From: Armatimonadia bacterium
GTDB lineage: Bacteria; Armatimonadota; Zipacnadia; Zipacnadales; UBA11051
Assembly: GCA_039683575.1 (NCBI GenBank)
Contig: JBDKRC010000278.1
Location: 1 to 40,795, forward strand
Direction of reading: 5' to 3'
DNA: 40,795 nucleotides
The notes under the pieces: model-generated
Seen by the model: the letters and a program-made list of their open reading frames with translations, nothing else
Database searches by the model: none
What the model was told of the DNA's origin: nothing
In this document: positions 8,321 to 16,915 of the stretch, piece after piece
Numbering within the stretch: the first letter of the stretch is position 1
How the letters are laid out: every line of letters starts with the position of its first letter
Made by a program: the position numbers and the translations under genes

Positions 8321-11300
8321 TCACATGGACAGCAACTGCGGGGACGCCTGCAGCCCGCTGGACGGGTAGACCGGCGGCTTCGCGCCGGCGTACGTTCCCA
8401 GGATGATGTTCCCCAGAGTGTTGCTGACGCGGATCTCCAGATCGTTGTCCCCCTCGCGCAGCAGCCCGGTCAGGTCGAATACGTACGGCGGCCACGCCGT
8501 CTGGCCGGCCGACTCTCCGTTGACCAGGACCTCGACGGCGTCCATGGTCTCGGGCAACCGTAGCCAGAGCTTCTTCCCCGCCTCCGCCGCGAACTGCCGC
8601 CGGTATACGCCTACCCCTGCAATGTGCGGCATGCCCTGCGCTTCCCAGGGCCGATCCACGCGCACCTGCGGCACTGGCGCGAGCAGCGTCTGCCCTTGAA
8701 CGCGGAAGTCTCCAAGCAGCACCACCGGCTGCAATATGCGGTCGGCAGCGCCGCCAAGCGGCGCTATGCGCGCGTCGTTGTACTTGCTGGTCAGTACTCT
8801 GATATGAATCGTGTTGTCGCCTTCGTGGAGCAGCCCCTCTACATCATAGTGCAGATTCTCCTCTGTCCATAGCGGCGTGCACGCCACCTGCTCGGCCGGA
8901 CGGCCGTTCACGAAGACCTCAAGGAAGCTCGGGTTGTCCACCACGATCCGCTTCGGGTGCGCTCCGGCCTCACACTTCACCTCGGTCCGCAGCCAGTACC
9001 ACGGCGCGTCCCCCGGGCGGATTGCTTCGGGCAGCCGGTCGTCTTCCGGCGTAATCCAGCCCGCCTCGCTTGTGTCATGCTGCCACCCCTCCGCCGCGCC
9101 GGCATTCTGGGGGTCGGGTTTTGCCTGAACCGCCAGCCGTAGCATGTTGCCAGGCAGCAGGTCGAAGTCCCATTCCCCATCCAACTCAACGACGTTTGGC
9201 GCCTGCTGCCAGACGGGCAGCGCCGGCAGGTCCTCGCCCAACGCCACAGCGGCCGGGCCGCTAACGAGCAGGTAGCCCTGCCAGGGAGCGAAGCGCCAGC
9301 GGAACCCGCCCACTTCAACAGCGGGGCGGAAGGCCTGCAGGCTGAAGGGGTCAACTATGGCGAATGGCCCGTCGAGCGTCGTGTGGATGGTAACCTCGGC
9401 CTCTTGCCGGGCCATGTTCGCGAGGAACACCACGTCGCTGCCTGCGATCCTCCGCCACGAACTCACGAACTCACGGCGGCCTTCGCCCTCCAGCACCACC
9501 GGGGGCTGCGACTGGGTTGCCAGCGCCGCGCGCACCTCCGCGCCCGTCGCTCCGACCTGCACAACGTTGGCCTGAGCCAGCAGTTCACTGACTCCGTCAC
9601 CAAGGCTATCCAGGCTCTCCGCTTCATACTCCGGCAATGCCCCGCTGAAGACTACCCGTCCACCCGCTGCGGCGAACTGCTGCAGCACCTGCAGGCACCG
9701 CGCAGGCAGCCACTTGGCCGAGGGTACCACGATCACGCGGTACCGGCAGTTCTCAGTCACCAGTTCGTCCCCCTCCACCCGCGCCTCCGCGAGGATCGGC
9801 TCAAAGACGAAGTCGAACGTCCACTGCTCGCGGATCAGTTCGTCAAGCAGGTCGTAAACCTGCTCCTGCAGTGCTGCAAGTGGGTGCTGGGCCGGCAGTT
9901 CGAGCCAGCTCCTGCCTACCATCTGCGCATCCGACTGAGCCCACAGTGCCGAGCGCGGGTACAGGACGGCCACCTCGGCCACCGGCTCGCCCTCCGCGTG
10001 CAAGGCAGCCAGCCGCGCATTGTAGTCGGCATAGAGCTTGTAGTGCTGCCACCACGGCTGCGTGAAGTGCTTTCCGGCGATGGCGTACTTGCGGAAGTCG
10101 GCGATTGATGTGACCAGTGAATTGTCGTTGAACAACGTCACGCCGAGAGCCACCTGATAGTGGAAGCCTCGCTTCTGCCGCAGCAGGTTCATGCCCCAGT
10201 CGCACACCCCATACGCCTCGCTCATCATCTCCCTGGAGCCGTTGTGCCGACAGATGCTGTGCACGTACTTGCAGGTCAGGTGAAACGCCCGGCGGTCCAC
10301 TTGACCATAGAAGGTCATACTCTCGGGGTAAGTGAAGCCATCGGCATTGGCGAGCATGTCTATGCCCGGGATGGTGTAGTGCTTCATGGCCTCCCACAAG
10401 TCACCTTCCATCCTGACGTGCAGCGCTAGGGCCTCTTCGCCCAGACAGTGCCCTGTGAACGCCACTCCTTGCTCGTCGCACCAGCGCCGGATTGTGCCCG
10501 CGTAGCCCTCACTGTAGCGCTCCGCAACCAGCCGCCAGTAGTGGCACCTCGTCTGGGGCGCAGTCGGGGTGTCAGCCAGGAGATCGCCCAGGCGGTCCCT
10601 GAGGTCGTAGCCGTAGCGGCGCTGGAAGTCCTCGAACAGGTCATGGGTGTACGGGAAGGACAGCCACCCCTTCACCATGCGTGAGTTCGTGAAGCCCGGC
10701 TCATCGGTGAAGAAGCCAGGAATAGTCTCCGGGAACATCTCCGGGGCGTGGGCCAGGTACTTGCGGTGGGTGCTGTCCAGGAACCGTTCGCAGGCCTCCG
10801 CGCTCATCATGTCCAGATAGCCTGTCATGTTGGTGACCCAGTCACCATACCGGGCACTTGTGCGCCCCGCCTGTCCTTCGGCGGTGGCCCACTCGGCTCC
10901 GCCGGTATGGGACGTTTGTGTCACCTTTGGCGGCAGCCCCGGCGCTTCTGCGCTGTCGGCCTCGTCCCGCAGCCAGAGCAGGTGCTCGCGGGCCTCCGGG
11001 TGGTCGCGAATGAGTGTCCCCCCGCAGATGCCGCTGGGCCAGTTGTACTCGTCGTAAATCCAGCACTTCATGCCCGTGGCGCGGCAGTGCTCCAGGGTCT
11101 GCTTGACGCGCTCCCAGTATTCCAGCGACATGTACGCAAACTCCATGCCGTAGATCGGGAACAGGAAGAACTCAGTGATGCCTTTGGCGCGCATGTCGTC
11201 CAGTTGCGCCCTCAGGTCCTCCCAGTGCAAGTCTCCGGTCCAGGCCAGCCAGGGCACCGGCCGATAGCGATCAGGGGGGGTGGCGAGGGCCGACATCAGG

Positions 11301-11347
11301 TTCTGAGGCTGCAGCTTATCCCATAGAGGGGGGCGAAGGACACTCAT
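8321..11347 (-). CDS. GH106-like (alpha-L-rhamnosidase-like) glycoside hydrolase with C-terminal GH2-type sugar-binding domains (about 1008 aa)
   Basis: Motifs YRPVPWLAW, WIYDEYNWPSG, GFFTDEP, GHCLGEE, IPGIDML, MSEAYG..W, VAVLYP, and C-terminal VNGESAG..WPPY.FDLT...GDN.LEIRVSNTL. Start at ATG 11347 with GGGAGA RBS; the ORF track starts at 11416. No signal peptide. Confidence 0.8.
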   Translation of the reverse strand: MSVLRPPLWDKLQPQNLMSALATPPDRYRPVPWLAWTGDLHWEDLRAQLDDMRAKGITEFFLFPIYGMEFAYMSLEYWERVKQTLEHCRATGMKCWIYDEYNWPSGICGGTLIRDHPEAREHLLWLRDEADSAEAPGLPPKVTQTSHTGGAEWATAEGQAGRTSARYGDWVTNMTGYLDMMSAEACERFLDSTHRKYLAHAPEMFPETIPGFFTDEPGFTNSRMVKGWLSFPYTHDLFEDFQRRYGYDLRDRLGDLLADTPTAPQTRCHYWRLVAERYSEGYAGTIRRWCDEQGVAFTGHCLGEEALALHVRMEGDLWEAMKHYTIPGIDMLANADGFTYPESMTFYGQVDRRAFHLTCKYVHSICRHNGSREMMSEAYGVCDWGMNLLRQKRGFHYQVALGVTLFNDNSLVTSIADFRKYAIAGKHFTQPWWQHYKLYADYNARLAALHAEGEPVAEVAVLYPRSALWAQSDAQMVGRSWLELPAQHPLAALQEQVYDLLDELIREQWTFDFVFEPILAEARVEGDELVTENCRYRVIVVPSAKWLPARCLQVLQQFAAAGGRVVFSGALPEYEAESLDSLGDGVSELLAQANVVQVGATGAEVRAALATQSQPPVVLEGEGRREFVSSWRRIAGSDVVFLANMARQEAEVTIHTTLDGPFAIVDPFSLQAFRPAVEVGGFRWRFAPWQGYLLVSGPAAVALGEDLPALPVWQQAPNVVELDGEWDFDLLPGNMLRLAVQAKPDPQNAGAAEGWQHDTSEAGWITPEDDRLPEAIRPGDAPWYWLRTEVKCEAGAHPKRIVVDNPSFLEVFVNGRPAEQVACTPLWTEENLHYDVEGLLHEGDNTIHIRVLTSKYNDARIAPLGGAADRILQPVVLLGDFRVQGQTLLAPVPQVRVDRPWEAQGMPHIAGVGVYRRQFAAEAGKKLWLRLPETMDAVEVLVNGESAGQTAWPPYVFDLTGLLREGDNDLEIRVSNTLGNIILGTYAGAKPPVYPSSGLQASPQLLSM

Positions 11348-11422
11348 CGGGTTGTCTCCCTTAAGCGATCGTGGCGGTGCGGATTGATACCGCACGCCCT
11401 GCGATTGGGTACTCAAGTGCGG

Positions 11423-12190
11423 CTACTCGCGGCTCACCAGGCGCACCTGCAAGTCATACCGGTCCCCGCGCCACAAAGACCTCGAGTACTCTACCGGCGT
11501 GCCCTGCGCGTCGGCCAGGACGCCGGTGATGACGAATACCGGGTCACCGGTACGCACGGTCAGCAGGCCGGCCTCCTCGGCATCGGCGGCCCGGGTGCGG
11601 ATGGTCTGCTCAGAGGTCTTCAGGTCAAAGCCGTAGCGCGAGCGAAGGGTCTGGTAGAGAGACGCCGTCAGGTCGGCCGTTTGCAGGTCGGGGACCAGGC
11701 GGCAGGGGATGATGGAGGTTTCCGCGCTAACCGGCTCACCGTCCGCCAATCGCAGCCGTCGAACCTCCCACACCTCTTCCCCTTCGGTCAGCCCCAGCGC
11801 CCGTTGCGCCTGTGGACGCGCAGGGCCGCGGTCGAGACCCAGCAGCCGATATTCAGCGGCCCAGTGCTGGTCGCGCATGTGGCCGGCAATGGAGGACAGC
11901 TCCGTAAGGTTCAGTTCCACCCGCCTGCGGCGCATGAACGTACCGCGACCCTTCTCGCGGTAGATGAGCCCCTCGCGTTCAAGTATCTCGAAGGCATGGC
12001 GAACCGTGCCACGCGTCACCTCGAACTGCTCGGACAGCGCCGGTTCGGAGGGTAGCGCGATTTCCTCGCCCTCAGCGGCGCCCGCGCTGACGTCGTCCAT
12101 TGCCTCGCGCAGAATCTGGGCGAGCTGGTAGTAGTAGGGGATGGGGCTGTCCTTGTTGAGCTTGCGCCCGGCCAGGAGTTCATCTATCAT
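11423..12190 (-). CDS. GntR-family (HutC subfamily, UTRA domain) transcriptional regulator
   Basis: wHTH motifs PYYYQLAQIL, LPSEPALSEQFEVTRGTVRHAFEIL..EGLIYREKGRGTF. UTRA-type C-terminus RLRLADGEPV, SLYQTL, PVEYSRSLWRGDRY. Confidence 0.93.
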   Translation of the reverse strand: MIDELLAGRKLNKDSPIPYYYQLAQILREAMDDVSAGAAEGEEIALPSEPALSEQFEVTRGTVRHAFEILEREGLIYREKGRGTFMRRRRVELNLTELSSIAGHMRDQHWAAEYRLLGLDRGPARPQAQRALGLTEGEEVWEVRRLRLADGEPVSAETSIIPCRLVPDLQTADLTASLYQTLRSRYGFDLKTSEQTIRTRAADAEEAGLLTVRTGDPVFVITGVLADAQGTPVEYSRSLWRGDRYDLQVRLVSRE

Positions 12191-12207
12191 GGGTGTTCAC
12201 CTGTACT

Positions 12208-12221
12208 CTTCTCTGTACAAG
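12208..12221 (-). promoter_or_regulatory. Degenerate second HutC-type operator (CTTGTACAGAGAAG on the - strand) at the regulator's own promoter
   Basis: 11/14 match to the perfect palindrome at 12293-12306. It overlaps the end of the leftward -10 element. Confidence 0.6.
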
Positions 12222-12248
12222 TAAACACTGCCGCTGAGAAGATGTCAA
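12220..12248 (-). promoter_or_regulatory. Leftward sigma70-type promoter for the gntR-GH106 unit
   Basis: TTGACA on the - strand (12248-12243), 17-nt spacer, then TTTACT (12225-12220). Confidence 0.55.
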
Positions 12249-12255
12249 CAAGCGT

Positions 12256-12284
12256 TTGACAAGCACAAAGGGCTGTGTTAGCAT
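12256..12284 (+). promoter_or_regulatory. Rightward sigma70-type promoter for the catabolic operon
   Basis: Perfect TTGACA (12256-12261), 17-nt spacer, extended -10 TGtTAGCAT (12276-12284). Confidence 0.75.
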
Positions 12285-12292
12285 CAGGCCAG

Positions 12293-12306
12293 CTTGTATA
12301 TACAAG
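12293..12306. promoter_or_regulatory. HutC/GntR-type operator palindrome CTTGTATATACAAG
   Basis: Perfect 14-bp AT-rich palindrome just downstream of the -10 box, next to a HutC-subfamily regulator. It matches the TTGTA-TA-x-ACAA pattern known for HutC-type sites. Confidence 0.85.
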
Positions 12307-12329
12307 TGACCAAGCTCCGGAGGTGCCCC

Positions 12330-13304
12330 GTGGAGTCCGACCTGAGAATTGATGCCGCCACCACCAGCTTCAGCACCTGTGCCGACCGTTTCGTCAAGAG
12401 CGGGTACAAAGAGACCATATCCTTCCCCCGCCAACTGGAACTGCTGGCCTCCGTCCCCGGCATTACCGGTGTCGCGCTCGACTATCCTTCCCAATACGAT
12501 GATCCCGTCGCGCTGCGGGCGCTGCTAGACCCACTGGGACTCGAACTGGGCATGACCGAGATCGATATGTACTCCAGCGTGCGCTGGCAGTACGGCTCCC
12601 TCTCTTCCCTTGACGACTCCACCCGTACCGAGGCCATCGCGCTTGTGAAGTCTGGTATCGACGCCGCCGTCGAGGCACGGGGGGCTGACGTGCAGCTTTG
12701 GCTGGGACAGGATGGCTACGAATACCCCTTCGCCACTGACTACAACGAGGCATGGGCACGACTGGCCGACGCCGTGATCGAGATTGTCGAGTACCGCCCG
12801 GACATGAAGATCACCATCGAGTACAAGGCCAAGGAGCCCCGAACCAAGTGCTTCATCTCCACCGTCGGGCGGGCGCTGTACCTGTGCGAGCGGGCTGGCA
12901 AGGCCAACGCGGGCGTCACGCTGGATGTGGGGCACTCGCTCATGGCCGGCGAGAACCCTGCCGAGGCGGCGGTGATGGCTCTGCAGCGCGGACGGCTGTT
13001 CCACTTGCACCTGAATGACAACTACCGCGACTGGGACCACGACATGATCCCCGGCACGGTCAACCTTTGGGACAGCATCGAACTGTTCTATTGGCTCGAG
13101 CGCCTGGGGTTTGATGGCTGGTATGGCATCGACGTCTACCCGTACCGTGAAGACGGGGCAGCGACCCTGAATCGCACCGTGCAGAGCATCTACCGGTTCC
13201 GGGAGATTGCGCGGCGGCTGATCGCGGCGGGGCTGCCGGCGTTGCAGACGGGCGAGCGGGCGATTGAGGTTATCGATCTCGTTATGGCTGAAGTACTGAA
13301 GTGA
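12330..13304 (+). CDS. Xylose-isomerase-like TIM-barrel sugar isomerase (324 aa)
   Basis: GTG start at 12330 after GGAGGT. Motifs WLGQDGYEYPF, EYKAKEPR, TLDVGH, GENPAEA, FHLHLNDNYRDWDHDM, GIDVYPYRED, which carry the XylA/RhaA-type metal ligands. Confidence 0.85.
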   Translation: MESDLRIDAATTSFSTCADRFVKSGYKETISFPRQLELLASVPGITGVALDYPSQYDDPVALRALLDPLGLELGMTEIDMYSSVRWQYGSLSSLDDSTRTEAIALVKSGIDAAVEARGADVQLWLGQDGYEYPFATDYNEAWARLADAVIEIVEYRPDMKITIEYKAKEPRTKCFISTVGRALYLCERAGKANAGVTLDVGHSLMAGENPAEAAVMALQRGRLFHLHLNDNYRDWDHDMIPGTVNLWDSIELFYWLERLGFDGWYGIDVYPYREDGAATLNRTVQSIYRFREIARRLIAAGLPALQTGERAIEVIDLVMAEVLK

Positions 13305-13314
13305 GGTGACCGGT

Positions 13315-14649
13315 ATGGACCCGGTTTTGGAGCAAATCTATTCGCTTGATAGTGCCGCGATAGAGCAGTGCGGCCGACATGTGATGCTCGGAGGCGGCAC
13401 CCGCGGCGGCCCCGTGTTGGTGCGTGGCAAGGGCGTGCGTGTGTGGGACACGGCGGGCAAGGACTACCTCGACTGCACCTCGCAGAGCTGGGCGCTGTAC
13501 CTGGGCTACGCGCACGATGGTATCAACTCGGTCATCCGCGAGCACATTGAGAACCTGACCCACACCCATCAGGGCTTCGACACGCTCCCCCGCTTCTATC
13601 TCGCGCGGCGGCTGGCCGAACTGGCGCCCGGCGACTTGAACCGCGTCTCCTTCACCGTCGGCGGCGGGCCGGCGATTGAGGCGGCGATGAAGATCGCGAT
13701 CAAAAACACCGAACTGGCCCGCGATTTTGTGTGCCTGTACGACAGCTACCACGGTACGACGCTGGGCACGATGGGCGCCTCGTGGATCTCAACCCACGCC
13801 GCCGGGAGCTACGTAGGTGGTAGCCGTTTCCTGGGCCTGACCCGCCCCTTCATTCGCATACCCAACCCCTACACCTACCGTAACCCGCTCGGCATGGGGG
13901 CGGAGGAATACACCAGCCTTTGCCTGGCGATGGCGCGGGAGACCTTCGAGCGCGGCATCGCGGGGCGGCCCGCCGGTGTGATAGTGGAGCCTATCCAGGC
14001 CAGCGCCGGGCAGATCATCCTGCCCAAGCGCTATCTGCAGGGCCTGCGCGAACTCTGCGATGAGTTCCAGACGTTACTGATCTTCGATGAGATACAGACC
14101 TTTGCCCGCATTGGCGAGATGTTCGCCGCGGACTATTTCGGAGTGACGCCGGACATTCTCGTGCTCGGCAAGGGCCTCGGTGCCGGGCTGCCACTGGCAG
14201 GGATCATCATCCGCGACGGGCTGGAGGGCTTCGCTCCGGACAGCGAAGAGCTTCATACCTTCGCTAACCCCTCCCTCTCGATGGTCACGTCGGCCAAGCT
14301 CCTGGCGCTGCTGGAAGAGGGTGTCCTGGCGAACTGCCGGGAGATGGGTGGTTACCTGGGGGCGGGCCTGAAAGCCATGATGGCTGACTTCCCCGAGATC
14401 GGGGACGTGCGGCAGGCGGGACTGCACATCGGCGTTGAATTCGTCCGCGATCCCGAGACCCGCGAGCCGCTGGAGCAGCAAACCGTGGCCATCCGCAACG
14501 AGGGCCTGGAACGCGGGGTCATCTTTGGTCTCGGCGGCGTGCGCAAGAACGTGCTCAAGGTCAAGCCCCCGCTGATCGTCGACCGCGCCGAAGCGGACGA
14601 GATTCTGGAGCGTTTCGCAGCCTCGGTGCAGGCGGTACTGCGGGCGTAG
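13315..14649 (+). CDS. Class III PLP-dependent aminotransferase (444 aa)
   Basis: ATG at 13315 after GAGGTG. Motifs GKGVRVWD..GKDYLD, AIEAAMKIA, SYHGTT, IVEPIQ, LIFDEIQT, PDILVLGKGLGAGLP, GDVRQAGL.IGVEFV, KPPLIV. Confidence 0.92.
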   Translation: MDPVLEQIYSLDSAAIEQCGRHVMLGGGTRGGPVLVRGKGVRVWDTAGKDYLDCTSQSWALYLGYAHDGINSVIREHIENLTHTHQGFDTLPRFYLARRLAELAPGDLNRVSFTVGGGPAIEAAMKIAIKNTELARDFVCLYDSYHGTTLGTMGASWISTHAAGSYVGGSRFLGLTRPFIRIPNPYTYRNPLGMGAEEYTSLCLAMARETFERGIAGRPAGVIVEPIQASAGQIILPKRYLQGLRELCDEFQTLLIFDEIQTFARIGEMFAADYFGVTPDILVLGKGLGAGLPLAGIIIRDGLEGFAPDSEELHTFANPSLSMVTSAKLLALLEEGVLANCREMGGYLGAGLKAMMADFPEIGDVRQAGLHIGVEFVRDPETREPLEQQTVAIRNEGLERGVIFGLGGVRKNVLKVKPPLIVDRAEADEILERFAASVQAVLRA

Positions 14650-14659
14650 GAGGTCCATC

Positions 14660-15430
14660 ATGCTGGCGATCGAGCTCAGCGGAGCAGTGACTCTGGTTAT
14701 CGGCGGCTCGCGCGGCATCGGAGCCGCCATTTGCCGCAGCGCGGCGCAGGCGGGCGGGGACGTGGCCTGGACCCATACCGATAGTCCCGCCGGCCTCGCC
14801 GCCAGTGAGGCGCTTGAGGCCGAAATCGCGGCGACGGGCCAACGGTGCGTCCATGCCGCCGTCGACGCCTGCGACGAGACTGCCACCGCCAGCTTTGTGC
14901 AGCGGGTTATTGCCACTCTGGGGCGACTCGACCACCTCGTCTACAATGCTGGCTATACCTCGCCGGTGCCCCTCGCCGACCTCACCGTCAGTGAGTGGCG
15001 GCAGAACGTGGACCTGAACCTCACCGGCGCCTTCATCGCCGTCCAGGCCGCCCTTCCCGAACTGCGCCAGCGGCGCGGCAGCATCGTTCTGATCGGCTCC
15101 GCCGCGATCTATACCGGAGGCGGCGGGCGAGCCGACTATGTCTCTGGCAAGGCCGGGTTGGAGGGACTCTGCCGTGCCATCGCGAAGGATATGGCGCCCG
15201 CGGGGGTGCGCTGCAACGTCGTGCACCCGTCGCTCGTAGAGACCGACCTGCTCACAGTCCGCTACCCCGACCCCGCCGACCGGGAGAAGGTGGCTGCGCA
15301 GGTCCCGTTGCGGCGTCTCGGGCAACCGCGTGATATCGCCGCTCTGACCGTCTTCCTGCTCTCAGACCTGGCCTCCTACATAACCGGCCAGTCGGTACTG
15401 GTAGACGGCGGACGGACTTTCCATCGTTAG
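14660..15430 (+). CDS. SDR-family NAD(P)-dependent oxidoreductase (256 aa)
   Basis: GGAGG RBS. Motifs GGSRGIG, NAG, YVSGK (YxxxK), GVRCNVVHP, ASYITGQSVLVDGG. Confidence 0.92.
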   Translation: MLAIELSGAVTLVIGGSRGIGAAICRSAAQAGGDVAWTHTDSPAGLAASEALEAEIAATGQRCVHAAVDACDETATASFVQRVIATLGRLDHLVYNAGYTSPVPLADLTVSEWRQNVDLNLTGAFIAVQAALPELRQRRGSIVLIGSAAIYTGGGGRADYVSGKAGLEGLCRAIAKDMAPAGVRCNVVHPSLVETDLLTVRYPDPADREKVAAQVPLRRLGQPRDIAALTVFLLSDLASYITGQSVLVDGGRTFHR

Positions 15431-15439
15431 GTGATAACC

Positions 15440-16915
15440 TTGAGCAACTCGTCAGTGACTCTCGCCGCCATCGATCTAGGGGCCAGCAGTGGTCGCGTAA
15501 TCGTCGGTCAGCTTGCCGGCGGACGCCTGGACCTGACGGAGGTCCACCGCTTTGGCCATGAGCCGCAGCAGGTGGGCTCGACTCTCCGCTGGGACTGGGC
15601 AACCTTGCTGGCGGGCGTGCACGCCGGTCTGCGCGAGGCCACCGAACGCTTCGGCCCCCCGGCCGCAGTCAGTTGCGACTCGTGGGCCGTGGACTTCGGT
15701 CTCCTCGACGCCGCAGGCAAGCTGCTCGAACCGCCCGCCTGCTACCGGGATCAGCGCACCAACGGCATGCCGCAGAGCTTCTCGGATATCATCCCCCCCG
15801 ATGATCTAGTCGCGCGCGTGGGCGCGATGGCCCTGCCGATCATCACGCTATGCCAATTGCGGTATATGGCGCAGTACGAGCTGGACACACTGACGCAGGC
15901 ACGCTCTCTCCTGCACATCTCCGACCTCATTCACCAGGACCTCACGGGCGTGGCCGCCACCGACCGCACCATGGCGACCGCCTCGGGCCTCCGCAGTCTC
16001 GCGGGCGACGACTGGGATCGCGATCTGCTGCAGTCCCTGGGCATTCCCACCCATTTTCTGCCCTCCTGCCTGGACCATCCGGCCATCCTGGGCACGATCC
16101 CTGCCGACCGCGCGCCGCACCCAGACCTGGCCGGCCTGCCCGTGATCTCGACCGCCGGGCACGACACCGCCGCGGCCTCGGTAGTCTCCCCGCGCGAGGA
16201 TCATGTCTTTCTCAGTTGCGGTACCTGGTCGATGCTCGGCACGCTCAGTGCCCAGCCGGTCGTCACCCCGACCATGGCCACAGACATGCTCGAGAGCATC
16301 GGCGCGGGCAACGGCGGCTGGCTGCTAATGTGCCCCCTGACGGGGCTATGGCCCTTGCAGCAGTGCATGCTGCAGTGGCGCAAGTCGGGCGAGGCGGATT
16401 CGTGGGGCGAGCTAATCGCGGCCGCAGGGGCGATCACTGGGCCGATCTCGACGCTTGTAGATGTTGGCCACCCGCTCATCACCGGCCCTGGCGACATGAT
16501 TGCGGCGATCGCCAACTACTGCTCGCGCACCGGCCAGACCGCCCCTTCGTCCGCACCCGAGATGACCCGGGTACTCCTGCAAAGCCTCGCCCTCGAACAC
16601 TTCCTGGGCGTCGAGAGCCAGCAGCGCACCACTGGACGGCAATTCACGGCCATGCGACTGGTCGGCGGCGGCAGCGCTAACGCGCTGCTTTGCCAGTGGA
16701 CTGCGGATGCCATCGGCCTGCCAGTGATCGCCGGCCCCATGGAAGCCACAGCACTGGGCAACATGCTCCTGCAGGCCCAGGTGCTGGGCCTGATCGGTGA
16801 CGACGTCTCCGGCATCGTCGAGGCCTCTGCACCCGCCATGGTCTATCAGCCGCAGGCTGCACCCGACGCAGGGCTCGTAGCCCGCTACCGCGACCTGAAG
16901 GAGAAGCAGGCCTGA
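15440..16915 (+). CDS. Rhamnulokinase/fuculokinase-like FGGY carbohydrate kinase
   Basis: Motifs AIDLGASSGRV, DSWAVDFGLLD, YRDQRT, GHDTAAA, FLSCGTWSMLG, VGGGSANALLCQWTADA, AGPMEATALGN. Start is TTG 15440 (AGGTGA upstream) or GTG 15431. Confidence 0.88.
   Translation: MSNSSVTLAAIDLGASSGRVIVGQLAGGRLDLTEVHRFGHEPQQVGSTLRWDWATLLAGVHAGLREATERFGPPAAVSCDSWAVDFGLLDAAGKLLEPPACYRDQRTNGMPQSFSDIIPPDDLVARVGAMALPIITLCQLRYMAQYELDTLTQARSLLHISDLIHQDLTGVAATDRTMATASGLRSLAGDDWDRDLLQSLGIPTHFLPSCLDHPAILGTIPADRAPHPDLAGLPVISTAGHDTAAASVVSPREDHVFLSCGTWSMLGTLSAQPVVTPTMATDMLESIGAGNGGWLLMCPLTGLWPLQQCMLQWRKSGEADSWGELIAAAGAITGPISTLVDVGHPLITGPGDMIAAIANYCSRTGQTAPSSAPEMTRVLLQSLALEHFLGVESQQRTTGRQFTAMRLVGGGSANALLCQWTADAIGLPVIAGPMEATALGNMLLQAQVLGLIGDDVSGIVEASAPAMVYQPQAAPDAGLVARYRDLKEKQA

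Noticed and set aside
12294-12329. ORF-track TTG start of the isomerase, and the extended starts at 3145, 11416 and 13306
   Set aside because: The isomerase extension runs through the operator, and in each case a better RBS-linked start lies downstream.
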